Notes: generated from the letters alone by a model not told the origin. A stretch of DNA of 62,865 nucleotides, filler included, from Lenisia limosa (GCA_001655205.1; 8 parts of 8 records of this genome joined end to end with filler, not necessarily neighbours in it), one strand, 5' to 3'. Shown: positions 37,737 to 52,611, counted from the first letter of the whole stretch. Made by a program: numbers and translations.

Positions 37737-39722
37737 ATGATCAAGCATCACAAAGCGCCAAAGTTACTGCCTTCTGGACATTTTTTACAAAGCGACAAGG
37801 CCCGTGTTGGAGGCGAGGGGGAGAGAGAATTGAATTATTTTGATTTTTTTTTTTTTGTGTGTGTGTGTGTGCGTTTGTGAACGAAGTTTCCCCCTGCCCT
37901 TTTTAGCAAGTCTAATACACAGGTGTACTACTATGAGACACCAAGAAAGGCTTCAGCACCATCTCCCGAGAAATGTTTTGTGTTTATCCATGGTGCACGT
38001 AAGTCCCAGATTGTGGAATTTCTTACCCCTTCACACTTCAGCTGGCAACATCAACAGTTTTAAGGAAATTGTAAGTCCAGCTTTGTTGGTTGTCAAACTT
38101 ATTTACTCAGATTCCGAAGGCCGAGAGAACTCTCCCTGCAATCGCGGTCAACCTTCCGGGTTGTGGACGTGAGGAATGGGTAGTAGAATTGGTTAAAAAT
38201 GTGATATGAGGGTTTGAATATTAAATAATGTACGTTTTGGAGCCATTCTATCGGGTAGCTGTGTGTAATCTTGAAATCTCTGTAATATATGATACTTATT
38301 TATATAGTATACATAGAGTATAAGTATATAATAGATACTATAATTCAATATCTCTTATAAGCTTGATGTTGTGGACAGACTTGTTTGAGGAAATCATGCT
38401 TTATAATGGCCTTTACCTATTTTTTAGGGAGATTTTAGGTAATAATAGAGAGGCTTTGGAAAGCCTAAAAGCTTTGAAGAAGGGGGGGGGGGGGNNNNNN
38501 NNNNNNNNNNNNNNNNNNNNNNNNNNNNNNNNNNNNNNNNNNNNNNNNNNNNNNNNNNNNNNNNNNNNNNNNNNNNNNNNNNNNNNNNNGCTCGAAGCAT
38601 GGAACAACATTTCCTCAGAAGATTTCCGATATGGCTGCGACAGTTATTGAGACAATGGTTAAATTGAACTGCAAAAAGTGTGTGCTTGTCGGCCATAGCT
38701 ACGGCTGTCTAATTGCTGTAAGCGAGACTCCATATTAAATAAGTAGATAATCTATTTGGATTTGGATTATATGCTCCTCAACTTGGACAACCCCTAACCT
38801 ACCCCATTGCCCAGATGGAGATGGTGGACCAGGCACCCGATATGATGGACCACATTGTGCTTATGTCACCAGTTGGTGTAACTCCTCATAGACTGTAAGC
38901 AGAATTGAAACTATGCTTGCTCCTCAGCGTTTCTTCGAGAGTCCTTTGTTTTCGCAAGGCGTATGCTAGTTTGAGATGGTATTGATATCTCAGGACGGGA
39001 CCATCGTTCTTCAGGATCAATGCCCAATTTATGTACATTGCACTTTCTTTTCTTCTTCAAATACCACTAATTGGAAGAAGTCTCCTTCTGCCCTTACTCT
39101 ATGTTGGTTGGTTACTGTTGCCTTTCTTTCCGGGAAACAATAATCCCTTCTTGTTACTGTAATGAAGCTTCTTATACAAGATGTGACAATACAGAGATAC
39201 CTTCTGTGGCTTGGGCTGTTTTCCAAGTCCTACACTGAACGTTCCATGGAATTCGCTATCCATGCTCTTGCACATTACAATTTCCCGAAGTCAGGATATC
39301 AGCTTCTTTTTTAATCACTTTTTTTATGTGCTCTTTTACCCTAAATGCAATATCCCGTCTTGTTGTAATATGAAATTTCATACTTATATATATTATATGC
39401 ATGATAAGATTACAGTAAATACACTATCAGTAACTCTTTAGACACAAGCTCAACTGTGAAATGTGCCAAAAGCCAGTCAGCATTATTCACTCTGAGGTGG
39501 GTTATACCTTTATCAATATTATTCTATAATTGATAAGCAGCGTATACGATGTACCCAATTTTGTAATATTTCCAGGATGACGATATTATTCCTGTTTCAA
39601 GAGGAAGGGAGCTTCACCAGCTGATCCCCGGATCCGATCTTTTAATCTGTCAGAATGGGGCTCATCAACCCCAAACTGAACCAAGTCGAGTATTGCCCAC
39701 CTTACAAGAGGCGGCTACCTAA
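37737..39722 (+). CDS. Alpha/beta-hydrolase fold protein
   Basis: FVFIHG, NLPGCGR, nucleophile elbow VLVGHSYG, IVLMSP, DDIIP...GAHQP catalytic-triad-like motifs; start uncertain. Confidence 0.8.
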
Positions 39723-39837
39723 GTCACCTGCCCTATTATTTATTTTGTAATTCTTCCACAATGCATATTGTTTTTAAAAAATCCATGCACTGTTGACAGA
39801 AACAAGCAATATATATCGAAACCATGAAAACAAGAAA

Positions 39838-42800
39838 TTAGAAAACAGTGAGGGTTTGGTCGGCCTTAAGGCAGGAAGTAAGGTTCTTGGTGCCAACAAT
39901 ACGCTCTAACAAGGTAAACAATTAAAAGGTGAACAACTGGTTACTGTCACTTCTCTAAAAAAAAATGCAAGCAAATACTCACCAAGTTCAGGAACATCAT
40001 ACTGACAGAAATACGCATGGGTCTGAAGGCTCTTGTGTCCTGAAAGTGAGATGACGACCACAAAGCAGAAGCAACCAACCTAATAAGGAGGCCAGCTCGG
40101 CGTAATATTCCGAATGGGCTGGAAGGCCGTAGAAGATCACTCGCTTCACACCCCGAATCCGTGTCCTATGAAGTCAGAGGGAAAACTCAATACTAAGGGC
40201 TTCACTTCGATTTGAAAAAGTTTTCGAGGATTTATCAAGAAATGCAGTCTTTTTTTTTTGAACCGAAGTCAAGGGTATACTCATTACGGGTGCAAGATAC
40301 AGCCAATCATTGACGAAACCTCAAGATACCTTTGGTAGAAATAGAAGCGCTCGGACATCAGAATATGGCGGTACTGCCCCTTTTGGAAAAAGGTTCGCAC
40401 TCGCGAGATTTCATCACGCTCCATGTACCTGGGGGTGGGGGGGAACGTTGATCATAACTCCAATACTCATGCTACGTAGTCTGTAACCTCTTTTGCCCGA
40501 AAAATAATCCTTTCATTCTCAGACCCCCCCAAACTCAGAAAGAAGACCATGGTTGATTTCGGCCTCTCGTAAAAGTTTTCGGAGCTGCAGGTAGTCGTAG
40601 TATGTGGGGGTGACAATGAGAGTACCATCAACACTCTTTCCTGCTCTCAGGGTAGGGATGACCTGGTGAATCAATAGAAATGAGAGAAACGTGTGTGCAG
40701 AGTTGTTTCCGACCTGGTCCTTGAAAATCGCGAGACGCTTGTCAGCAATGTTCTTGGGGTACTTTACCTAGAGAAATGAGGGCCTAGTGGGAATGGACAC
40801 TAGCGCTGTGGACAAATGCGGACCTTGAAGCGATGGAAATGCTGTTGGGGGCGGATGACAGGTACATTGATGACGGCGTTGTAAGATGTGGGCATGGCAC
40901 GGAGCAAGCCGCGGAAGTCTGAAATATCAGGGGTGTGGGGATAGAAATACAAAGATGAAACAAATTAGCTCCATTTGATAATTGAAAAAGGCTATCTCAA
41001 AAGTCCTTCAAAGCACAAAACAGACTCTTGAGATGAGTTCGTGCAAGGACGTTGAGGTCAGTGAAGGGGTACTGCGAAGTCACAATCGTCTGACGGACTT
41101 GGCCGGCCCTGTAAGGTTACGTCAAACATTGAAACACGGGGTACTCAGTGATTCAGACGTGACATTGCCCCTCACACCATCCCTCGGTAACCCAGTTCTT
41201 GAGCCTTGAGAAGTCTGTGTCACGCATGGCATTGGGCTGAAGATTGGTATGTCGAACAACATGTTCCAAATGATCCCATGACTGCATTGAAATCACGTCA
41301 GCTCTGGGGGAGGGTTATGGGAAAGTAAAATTTCTTGTAAAAACTTCCCAATTCACATGTCGAAAGAAAATAACACCCACATCACCAACCTATCAATGAA
41401 CATCATTTCGATTGAGGAAAGGAAATCAAAATCACGCTTCTTGTCACTACAGTATGAGATATCTTATGGGGCTAGCGCTGACTTCAAACAGCAGTTTCCC
41501 ATCAAATGAGAGGGTACAATGAAAAATGTGAAAATTTTCTATTATTAGAAATTATTGTCAAAGACAGCCCCTCCCCCCACTCGTCGTTACCGATGAGCAT
41601 TCGGAGGCCAAGAGGAGAGGCCACAATCAGATCAGCAGCGTAGAAGGGAACAAACAAACCTGGGGGATGGGTGTAAGAAGCACCCACCATCAATCTACAT
41701 GTACAAGAGATTCCAAGAGCATACCGACACGCTTCCGAGAGAGCTGGATGCCGACCCTGAACGTGTCGTCGGTGTTCCCATCGAAGTCGTGGTACCACGA
41801 TTCTGGACGGTCAATGTGGACACAAGAAATATAAAGGGGACTGCATCAAAAACGTGAAAGGCAAACCAGGCTTTTTGAGGAAATGGCTGTCTTTGCTGCT
41901 TTCAACATCTACTTTGATTAGCATCAGGGAACTGCTGAGGAATAGCACAGCATGTCATGATAAGTGCAGCATCAAGGACACCCCTCACGATATTGCGACT
42001 CAAATCTATCAAAGTTGGCAACAGTGCCCTTCTCTCCCCTCTTGCACAGTGCAACCACGGTCTTAACAAACTCGTAGGCTGAATGGTTAGAAGCGTGCTA
42101 CACTCTTAGAAAAGAATAACAGTACCACATTCAAAACAAATATGGCTGTTACATAATACAAGTGGTTCAGGTAGTGTGGGCCGCTTATGGCGTTATTCAC
42201 AATCATTATAGCATGCACATAATTACCTCTTTCTCTGTAGGGGCAAATAACAACAGCTACAGGACGAGTGAAACCCTAAATAGTAACAAACACGGGTGGA
42301 GAAAATTGAAAGCGAATGAGACCTCAAAACCCTACCTGATCTTGGTAGGAACCCTCTTCTTCCTTCTCTCCATCCACAACATTCAGTCTCTCCTTCGCCT
42401 CATGAATGCGCTTCTTCGTTGTGTTCTTCTCCACCTAAAAGATGTGGTGAGAATGGCAAGATGTTCCTGCAACCGCACATGTAATAATGGAATAGTCTAT
42501 TGTTGTTATCATACCACCAACCTTGGTGCGATGCCTCAGGACGTGATTTACGATATGCGCGGCCGTGACATCTCTAATCTCGTCATCGTGGGGGGCCGAC
42601 ACCACGTCAGTCATGACAACGTCCTTGAACGTCGACATCAGCGATAGCGCCTCGGACTGAATGGCCGTCATTTCACCATCAGATTATTGCAGCATCAGAT
42701 TATTGCTTAAAGCAAGAGGCTTGCTCCATCTCGAACCTGTTTCTCGGAAAGGTCCTTTTTGCCATTGATGAGGTTCCATTGGGTTTTGATGCGACCAACA

Positions 42801-44856
42801 AACTAAAAGGTTCAGTAACCGAAACCGTTTTTCACAAAACAACAATAAAAAAAGGCACAATCTTAAATCATGCAGTATCCATAGTACTATGTGTGTAGAT
42901 GTTAGAATGTCATTCCTTCGTAGCATTTCACCCCCCCACTTTGGCGGATTCAAATGACGCTGTCGGAGAAGGAGCATTGCCTTGTGAACAGATAACAGTC
43001 TAATGGATGAGCCATTATGAAGTGGCTCAGACTTACCTCAAGGTTCGGGAATGTGTTTGTGCTTTCAACCTGCGAGTGGCTTCCAGGTGTAGTCTAAGTT
43101 GTCACGAAAGAAACGAATAATTGAAATCAGGGGATTTCATTTTCCTTTTCGTAGATCCTTCATTTCACCTGATACATGCCTCCACCCACCCCGTTGAAAA
43201 CCCCATCCGCGAATGCAGCCATGGAAGGCGCCTGTTCCTCGTCCATCACGTCAATATCTGCCTCGCCTATTGCTGTCAATTTATCTGTTTGAACTTTCGC
43301 CCGAAGTAACAACATACTACAATGACAAGAATGGTGGGAAGTCCAACTTTGAGCCACGATCCTTGCCTCAACATACCCTTCTCTTCCTCTTCCTCCTCTT
43401 CCTTTCCAAGAGACTCGTCAATAACGTCAAGCTCTTCTTCTTGTTCTTCCTCTTCCTCAATTTCTTCCTGAAAGGTGTTGTTAATAAAAATGTATGAAAG
43501 AACCATCAGATCAGCCAAGGAACACTCAAACGAGATTCATCTGGACCCNNNNNNNNNNNNNNNNNNNNNNNNNNNNNNNNNNNNNNNNNNNNNNNNNNNN
43601 NNNNNNNNNCATGATGTAGTCCGACACTAAAACGTGAGAAATGAGGCGACTGACACCGAGCCAAAACCCTATTAACTTGCTTATGATAAGTATATCCACC
43701 CAGGAAGATACCCACAGTCGGCATCAATGTCATCATCGGGATTGTCCAGTGGTTCCTCAGCCTCAACCACATCCGCCTTTGTGCCAACCAGGGTGCTTTC
43801 GCCAGTCACCATCTGATGGTCGTCTTGCTCTTCGGCACTCAAACCGAGCTTGTCTGGGGGTGAGATAAATACTAGAGCAAAGAAGAAACTATTTAGTTTA
43901 AAAAAAACGCTCCCACGCACTTGATGTGAAATCCTTCATCATTGACGCATATCTGATTTTCCTGGCAGCGATGATTGGGTCTACCTGCTCCACAATATCT
44001 TCCTATCAAAGGTCAACTACATCTCGGAAGAAAAACAAACAAAAAAAAAAGCAGATGTCTACACATTAAGAGGGCTTCAAAAAACAAAAACAAAAACAAA
44101 AATTCAAATCCAATAGGCTTTGGTGTGAATCAAAGTACAGATAATAAAAAGATAGTTGCCAAACAACACCAAAGAACAGTCATATCAAAACAGCAAGGTC
44201 ATTTCACAATGATATTGTCCCCACCTCTTCATCACTGAACACAATATCGGCCTTCTCCTCTCTTTCCGCCTTGAATTCTTCTACAGATGATTAGGCAGAG
44301 CAAATAAGATGTAGAAATGAGAAGGAAAAAAGGAGAATTTGATCAAAGCCGCTCACCATCACGTGTATAATCGAGCATAATATTATTTCACCAATCATTT
44401 ACCTTTCTACTCGTACCCAGCTTTCTGCTTGTCTCCCCAACATAATACAGTAAAGAATATATCAAACATCTTTTCAGAGGATGAAGATGGCTTTCCTGGG
44501 GTTTTTTTTAACTTTGTATTTTAGCATATATTTAAAAAAAAAATAGAAGATATAAAAAAAAGAATACTTTGTGTCACGGTATCCAAAACATCTTTGAGGA
44601 CAAAACACACCTTCAGTGAAAGAGTAGGTCTTCGCGCTCTGGGCATCCCCAAGCGCTTCACCGGTGGAAAACTCATCCCAACCTTCTCCAACATTATACC
44701 TGTGAAGGGAGGGTAAAGGGGGGGCTCAAAAACAAGGAGATCAGCATACTTAGTTGTGTTCTTCGGCCCTCTGGCTTCTAAGACCTTTGATGCCACCTTA
44801 ACTCCATCTTGTTGCACTGGTTGAACCTTCTTCTTCTTGGCCCCACGTCTCACCAT
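39838..44856 (-). CDS. UTP25: U3 snoRNA-associated protein 25 (DIEXF)
   Basis: DFDGNTDDTFRVGI, PFYAADLIVASPLGLR, RTRIRGVKRVIFYGLPAHSEYYAEL, acidic N-terminal region; ATG at 44856. Confidence 0.9.
40195..40278. mobile_element. MITE-A, degenerate, in a UTP25 intron
   Basis: agggcttcacttcgatttg...gaaccgaagtcaag terminal inverted repeats. Confidence 0.75.
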
Positions 44857-45049
44857 GGTGATTACCTCGGTATGACCACACTATAAACTACGTCTCCCCA
44901 GCCAAATAAGATATTTAAATAATAAAAGCGACAATTAGGCCACACAAGAATCTAAAAAGGGGCTGAAAAATCAAAATCCAAACTTATAATCTGTGCGCCA
45001 CGTCTACGTAGCTTGCCTAAGGTTTAAGTTCCTTCTTTTCGTTTTCCTG

Positions 45050-46640
45050 CTTTCCTCCCTGTTTCCTCTGGCAATCTTGGGTTCCTCCACGGAAATCAGA
45101 AGACTGCATACTACCGCTGACCCGAAACAATGAATTACAGTGGGCTCCGTACTCACTCCCCTCTGGTCAACCATTGTTTATCTGTATATATTGATAACAT
45201 AACCAATAAATAACTTCAACTCATGTCGTACTATGAAAGTAATGGGCAAGATTGTATTGACCAAATTGGTACAATTGCATTCCCCTTTTCACACCTAAGG
45301 TGGCCTGCCCGAGTTCAGCCTCCTCCCCATTGAGATCTTCCTACAGTTCACTCTTCGCTCTACGTGGGGGGGGGGGGCTGGTCTNNNNNNNNNNNNNNNN
45401 NNNNNNNNNNNNNNNNNNNNNNNNNNNNNNNNNAATACTGGAGACATTTTGTGATTGAAGTCTGTAATCAAGGAAGAATTTTGACGATGTAGAAAGGCCC
45501 GTGGGTTCACCAAAGCCAAGGTCACCGTCCATTGTCTGGGTAAGTCAAGAATCCGTCTTTGTAACCCATCAGAAAAGGTTACGTTCACCGACACGGTTCC
45601 TCTCCACGGTCGCTACCACGCCGCCGAGGCCCGTAAGAGGAATGCTATGTTTTAGTCCATTTGTACTGCAAACGTTGATCTGGAATATTAATTATTTAGC
45701 CCTTGTGGTGACTTGTGATAGTGACATTGCTGAACAGTCCTTTGTTACCATAACCGTAAGCCATGGTGGTTCGAAATTACCAAATGCGCTCGACCTTCCA
45801 CCATTTGCTCGGTTTCTCCATTGTTTCTTCCCTTCCACCACTTGCTCGGTTGTTTCTTCCCCCTTGGGCCTTCTGACTCTGTAGGGTGTCAACGCCAAAG
45901 ATGAAGTAGGGGGCTTCATGGATGTCATAATGGATACTTGGGGTGGAGGAGTTGGCTAGTGTGGAATCTTGTAGATAAAAAACCAACTATTAATCCAGTA
46001 TCTCTTGTAAGCGTGATGGTGTGGACGGCTTTGGCCAGATACTATAATCCAATATCTCTTGTATGGAGTGGACAGCTTTGGCCAGATACAACCTTGTTAT
46101 ATTATTCATCTCTATGTATATATGATATATACTATTACTATATGAAGTTGTATAGATTTATGAAGATATACTAATATGTCGTACATATCATATCATATAG
46201 TATAGTATATATTATGCACACTTCAAATGAGAAAAACCATTTGCCTGTCACGTCTTTGGACTAATTAGAGTTTAGGCCACTTTTGAAGGTAAAGTGTCCT
46301 TTGCAGACATGTTGAAAAACAAAAAACTGGAGGTCAACATGAACCAGTAAGCTCAATGAGTAATCGGCAACTAACACCCTGTAGCTTCGGTAAAGCAACT
46401 TTCCCCCGAGCCCCCATTGTGATGTCCGTGTATCCTTCTCGTAGCACACCCACAGCAACCCTGATTTCAACGAAGTTTTCTTGCTCAGGCCTCCTCAAAA
46501 TGGACAAAATGTCCAAGTCAGGTGGGTTTCGTCATACAGGATGACAACCTTGTGTACATTTGCTTTCGCATTTTTTTAAGTACAAAGACTATACAGCCAT
46601 TTATTTTAGTTCTGTTGTTAAGTTTACAGCCAACAGAGTT
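45050..46640 (-). CDS. Hypothetical multi-exon protein, 5' truncated
   Basis: Exon DILSILRRPEQENFVEIRVAVGVLREGYTDITMGARGKVALPKLQ with a GT donor and further spliceable segments; no family recognised. Confidence 0.4.
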
Positions 46641-46929
46641 GATTTGGGCTTNNNNNNNNNNNNNNNNNNNNNNNNNNNNNNNNNNNNNNNNNNNNTTAAT
46701 TAATTAANNNNNNNNNNNNNNNNNNNNNNNNNNNNNNNNNNNNNNNNNNNNTCCTCCACAATAGTCTTTGACACAGGCAACACGAGGGCAGGACGAAGAA
46801 TCCTGAACGGTTAGAACTCACGATTTAAATTGCTGTATATGTATATGATTTAATTGCTGCGTATGGTTTAAATTGCTGTGTGGCCTTGACCCCTCCCCCC
46901 ACTTATAAAGGGCAAGCCGAGTAACGCTG

Positions 46930-48110
46930 TCGATAGCGTTCCAGTGGCCAGGTAGATCTACGTTCGTATTGTTTGCTGAACAGGGAAGTTAATAGGGAAA
47001 GTGCAAGACGGTCCAATTGTTCTAACATCACCCCCACGTTTTAGTGTTTCTACAGACAAACAAATATAACGATGTATTGTATTGATACTATGTCTCTGGT
47101 TTGATTTCGCTTCTTCAAAAAAAATAAAAATAAAAAATAATAAGAAAAATAAGCTAACAAGCAACGCCCCTCCCCTCCCACGTTTTAGCGTTTCAATCCA
47201 TTCGCGGTCCTCGACTACTACCCTCGTGATATCTTCCATGCCAGGAATCTGGGCAAGCTCTTGGAGCTACGGGGGGGGGGGGGNNNNNNNNNNNNNNNNN
47301 NNNNNNNNNNNNNNNNNNNNNNNNNNNNNNNNNNNNNNNNNNNNNNNNNNNNNNNNNNNNNNNNNNNNNNNNNNNNNNNNNNNNNNNNNNNNNNNNNNNN
47401 NNNNNNNNNNNNNNNNNNNNNNNNNNNNNNNNNNNNNNNNNNNNNNNNNNNNNNNNNNNNNNNNNNNNNNNNNNNNNNNNNNNNNNNNNNNNNNNNNNNN
47501 NNNNNNNNNNNNNNNNNNNNNNNNNNNNNNNNNNNNNNNNNNNNNNAGAGCATTGGTCAATCCGACCGGTTTTAGTAGGACTTCCAAGAGCTCCGCTGAA
47601 AGCTGGTGCTTGTCCTTGAGCAGACTCAGCGATATATGAAGACCCTGCGAGGGAGTAAAAAACAGGGGGGGAGCGGGAGAGAGTAAAATGGAAGTTTTAT
47701 GAAAAAAAAAAAACAAAAAAAAAAAANNNNNNNNNNNNNNNNNNNNNNNNNNNNNNNNNNNNNNNNNNNNNNNNNNNNNNNNNNNNNNNNNNNNNNNNNN
47801 NNNNNNNNNNNNNNACTGAAACATACAAACAAACTAACAAATAAAATACAAAACCCGGAATCAGCGTGTCTGTGTGACCTCCGGGTTTCACATATCACTG
47901 CTAAATTTTGAACCCCCCACCAAGGCAAGTCTTTGGTTATCATTGAGAGCAAGCCCCGCTGAAATGAAGACTTCCTTGGTTGCTGTTTCTACTAAATTGG
48001 CAACTCGGATTTCGAGGACGTCGTTTGGTTTGGAGTTATTGACACCCACGAAGAAGGCCTGGAATTGGTGACGTTAATAGTTGACTTGGACTTCTCTCAC
48101 ACGTCCTTAA
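46930..48110 (-). CDS. Exon fragments of an unknown gene
   Basis: LQELAQIPGMEDITRVVVEDREWIETLK and GLHISLSLLKDKHQLSAELLEVLLKPVG with plausible splice sites between N gaps. Confidence 0.35.
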
Positions 48111-49057
48111 GAAAATCCGAGTTAACTAACAGGGTAATTTTTCTTTCTCCTCTCCTATACTATATATAATCATACCTCCCCCCCCCCCCCCNNNNNNNNN
48201 NNNNNNNNNNNNNNNNNNNNNNNNNNNNNNNNNNNNNNNNNNNNNNNNNNNNNNNNNNNNNNNNNNNNNNNNNNNNNNNNNNNNNNNNNNNNNNGGAGGG
48301 GGTGGGAGGTGAAAAGAAGGAAATTTCGATGAAGATTATTAGCGTAAAGGTACTAATCGCGAACCGAATAATCTGAAACACCAAACAAAAAACAAAATAC
48401 AAGAAAAAGCAAACACAGACAAAAACAAAAACACACACACACAAAACAAAAACAACAAGCCTCCAGCCTGGGAGGGAGTAAAAAGAAAGGTCTATGGTTT
48501 GGGGACATAATTTCCCAAAAATACAGATTGTTATGATTGTAGATTACACAATCACGCTTTATGAGAGATATTGAATTATAGTATAATAATATTTCACTCA
48601 ATCATTTGCCTTACAACTCTGTGCACAGAGCTTTCTGCGTGCCTCAGTTAATAATATTAATAATATTAATAATATTAATAATAATAATAATAAAAAAAAT
48701 AATAATAAAACTATAATTCCCCTTTACCTCTTTGCGCCACATCCAGGTATTGCGCGCGAGTGGCGTCAATTTCCTGTTCGGTCGCCTCAGCTGCCAGCAT
48801 TCTGAGGGGTGAATGTAATCCTCAAAAAAAAAAAAGNNNNNNNNNNNNNNNNNNNNNNNNNNNNNNNNNNNNNNNNNNNNTTAATTAATTAANNNNNNNN
48901 NNNNNNNNNNNNNNNNNNNNNNNNNNNNNNNNNNNNGACCACTTATCTTGGTCACTGTATATGATATGGTATGGTTACGATGACCACTTATCCCGGTCAC
49001 TGTATATATTGCCGTACTTTTTCGAACCGAAGTGAAGCCCTATTCGTGACCCCTTAC

Positions 49058-52000
49058 CTCCTCTCCGGTGTTAAAGAGGAAGATCGCATCGGAAGCAAGA
49101 TCGGCCGAATTTCCGCTCAGAAGGGCCCTGATCACTTCCATCATTGTTGGCTGCGAATACTGGGGGGAGTAAAACGAAGGAAATTTCGATGAAGAANNNN
49201 NNNNNNNNNNNNNNNNNNNNNNNNNNNNNNNNNNNNNNNNNNNNNNNNNNNNNNNNNNNNNNNNNNNNNNNNNNNNNNNNNNNNNNNNNNNNNNNNNNNN
49301 NNNNNNNNNNNNNNNNNNNNNNNNNNNNNNNNNNNNNNNNNNNNNNNNNNNNNNNNNNNNNNNNNNNNNNNNNNNNNNNNNNNNNNNNNNNNNNNNNNNN
49401 GAGCCCAAAATCAACACTACTGGCTGACAACAGAAACCAAGCCCAGACCAGTCGCTTCTGCAGCACCGCATCCCATCACTCCCGTAATAAAGGAAAACTG
49501 TACACACACACACGCCAATCTCCCCCTCCAACACCATCATCCGAGGCACCCGGGGATTCTATGACGGAATCGAAGTGGCCGCTGACCAAAATGGCGCGGT
49601 CGTGGGCTGCGTAGTGATGCGGGGAGTAAAGATATATTTAGGAACCGAAATGTGATTAAATAATTGGAAAATTTATGAAACAAAAAAAAACCCAAAATCA
49701 AATTCAACTATGTACAATATATGACATGTCTCCCCTCCTGCAAAAATCCATTTGTAAACCACCTACATTATTGGAAGAGATATTGAATTATAAAAATATT
49801 AATTCACCCAATCATTTGCCTTACAACTCTGTGCACATAGCTTTCTGCGTGCCTTCCCAGGATACTATGATATACATATTGGCGATGGGTATATTGTGGA
49901 ATGGGGGCTGTGTAGATTATAAACAATATGTGCAAAAATTCAAAAGAAAAAAGTTCAAAAAACAGTGCAAACCCGATTTTTTGGCACTGACTCGCACAAC
50001 AATCTGGTGAATGTCCGTGTACGTCTCATATACTCCGCCTAAACAATAAGACGTAGGGTCACGAAGATGTTTAAGTGTATATTTATGGATCTATTCTATC
50101 ATACATTTAGTATACCTTTTGTATTTTTCTGTTTGTTCTTGCATATGATCATCAACATATATTATGTATAACATGAGTGAACAGTGGAAAATATTTGTGG
50201 ACCAAATTTGACTCAATAAAAGCCATTTCTGTTTCCCGATATTTCTTCAAAATACCCTTCTTTTACCACGAGGGCTTCACTCTGGTCCGAAAAAGCCCAG
50301 TAAAATATTGATAGTTTTCGAGGATTAATCAAAAATTCAGTCTACGTTCGAACCGAAGTGAAGAAATATATAGGTGCCCCACATACCATGTCGAATATAG
50401 AAGCAACCGCCTGAACCAGTTATATGTAAAAAAAAAAGAGCACAACAAATGATGGGGGGGGGGGGGGNNNNNNNNNNNNNNNNNNNNNNNNNNNNNNNNN
50501 NNNNNNNNNNNNNNNNNNNNNNNNNNNNNNNNNNNNNNNNNNNNNNNNNNAACAGTAACCGTGATAAGTCCTAAAATGATTGACTAAAGATAAAGCTCAA
50601 TATATTTTGTTTATGTAATCCTTATGTAATTTTTTTATTTATAATTATTTCATTAACTGAAGAATCTACATATCACCCACCACACCCCCCATTACCATCT
50701 TGGGTGTAACTTTCTTGTACTTCGAGCGTCAAGTCAGAGTCAATATCCTGTCGGGGTTATATATGGTTTCCCTACGGTCCCAAAATAGACGGAATTGCTC
50801 GATAAATCCTCGAAAATTATCGATATTTTAACGGACAGGAAAGCCCTAGTTATATCATGCTTGTATATATTATTACGTATCGATGTTACTCTCATCTCTA
50901 CATCATATACTACTGTAACATTATACCCTATGTATTGGAGGTAGGGCTTCACTTTGGTTCAAAAAAGACCGGCAAAATATCGATAGTTTTCGAAGATTTA
51001 TCGAGAAATTCAGTCAAAGTCTGTCATTGTGAAACATGGCTAGTATTGCGTGGAAAACAAAGGGGGCAAACTTGAAACTTGTTGAGCTCCTTAAGAATGT
51101 AAAGTCGAGCATCTTCACAGGCAACAGATCTAATTGATGGTAAGAACAAGAAAATATTTTAAATAAAATCTAGGGACTCTGGCCTCCTTCCAATGGTCTT
51201 AACCTCTACCTACGGCTTCACTTCGGTTCAAAAAAGACCGGTAAAATATCGATAGTTTTCGAGGATTTATCGATCAATTCAGTCTTTTTTTTTCGAACCG
51301 AAGTGAAGCCCTCCTCTACTCCAATACCCCCCTCCCTACACCGATTGCAGTTGAAAATAATACCATCAAAAATTCCAGATCTGCGCCCCCCCCCCCACCC
51401 CTGTGGTCTATCTCCTATATTGTCGGCAAGATGCTTCAAATGTNNNNNNNNNNNNNNNNNNNNNNNNNNNNNNNNNNNNNNNNNNNNNNNNNNNNNNNNN
51501 NNNNNNNNNNNNNNNNNNNNNNNNNNNNNNNNNNNNNNNNNNNNNNNNNNNNNNNNNNNNNNNNNNNNNNNNNNNNAAAATATATCTGGGCACAATAACC
51601 AAAGCAGGTTTCAATCACCGTTTTTTAAATGGGTATAAATTGGAGCATGTGCCCCCTAACAAGTCCAAATCAGCCGCCTTGCCGGGGGCAGGCAGAACGT
51701 AGGGCATGTAGAAGTGGGCCATCATTACCATGGCCAGTGCCAGGATGACAAAGAACATCGCAAATGACGTCACCCCAGACCGGGAGCGTTTTTCGCCCCT
51801 ACGGTGTCAAAAAAATAGCATGTTCCAGAAGATTATCTGAGTAATGGATAATAATAAGGGCTTCCACGGTCCGAAAAAGACCCAATCGTTTTCGAGGATT
51901 TATCGAGAAATTCAGTCTTTTTTGGGACCGTAGGGAAGCCAGCAATATCATTATTGTTGATGTTACCCCGCTCCTGTAGTGTCTATATGAAGGGCTGAGC

Positions 52001-52100
52001 ATAACAGACCCCTCACGGAGAGACGTGACCATCGCCCATGGAAGTTACCTCCATTATCTCAATGGATTCATCAAGTTCCCTACAACAATGATAAGAGCTG
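49058..52100 (-). CDS. ERMP1: ERMP1-like M28 metallopeptidase, partial
   Basis: TM segment, HLKHLADNIGDRPQG, AILVSGHFDSVIESPGASDDG, MMEVIRAL....DAIFLFNTGEE (M28 zinc-binding motifs); truncated by the contig end. Confidence 0.88.
50270..50363. mobile_element. MITE-A copy in an ERMP1 intron
   Basis: Family A terminal inverted repeats; right end clipped. Further copies at 49017-49042, 50762-50848, 50942-51017 and 51856-51941. Confidence 0.8.
51211..51312. mobile_element. MITE-A, near full length, 8-bp TSD CCTCTACC/CCTCTACT
   Basis: About 25-bp TIRs; flanking 8-mers match at 7 of 8 positions. Confidence 0.9.
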
Positions 52101-52449
52101 TCAAGGACGTCACAATGAAGGTTGGATTATACACAGTTACCGGGATAAGCCTTTACCGATTTGCTGTGTGATTTCCCAAGGACAATTGGTCAAAACTTAT
52201 CTAGGTCACTGTATCTAAATTGCGACTTACCCCGGTCACTGTACGTACATAATGTACTAGTATAAAGGCATTTATAATAATAATCAGACAATGGTTCCCA
52301 ATGTACTACAAAAATAATAGTATCAATTGTTGAAATGCTACAGCCATATAGAACCCCCCCTCCTTTGAAAGAAGTACCATGGAGGTAAATTTTACGAAAT
52401 TACTTTGCCTCCATCCCCCCCCCCCACACACACACACCACCATCATTCC

Positions 52450-52541
52450 AAGGGCTTCATTTCGGTTCGAAAAAAACCGGTAAAATATCGATAGTTTGAT
52501 TTATCGAGAAATTCAGTCCTTTTTTCCGAAGTGAAGCCCTA
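52450..52541. mobile_element. MITE-A with a perfect 8-bp TSD ATCATTCC (hAT-like)
   Basis: 52442-52449 and 52542-52549 both read atcattcc. Confidence 0.92.
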
Positions 52542-52611
52542 ATCATTCCCCTCAAAAAAAAACCCGTTACACTCTCACTCAGTACAAAGTATCACAATAC
52601 AAACGTAAAAT

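Noticed and set aside
47082-51702. Long ORF-track entries rich in X
   Set aside because: They are open only because N runs contain no stops.
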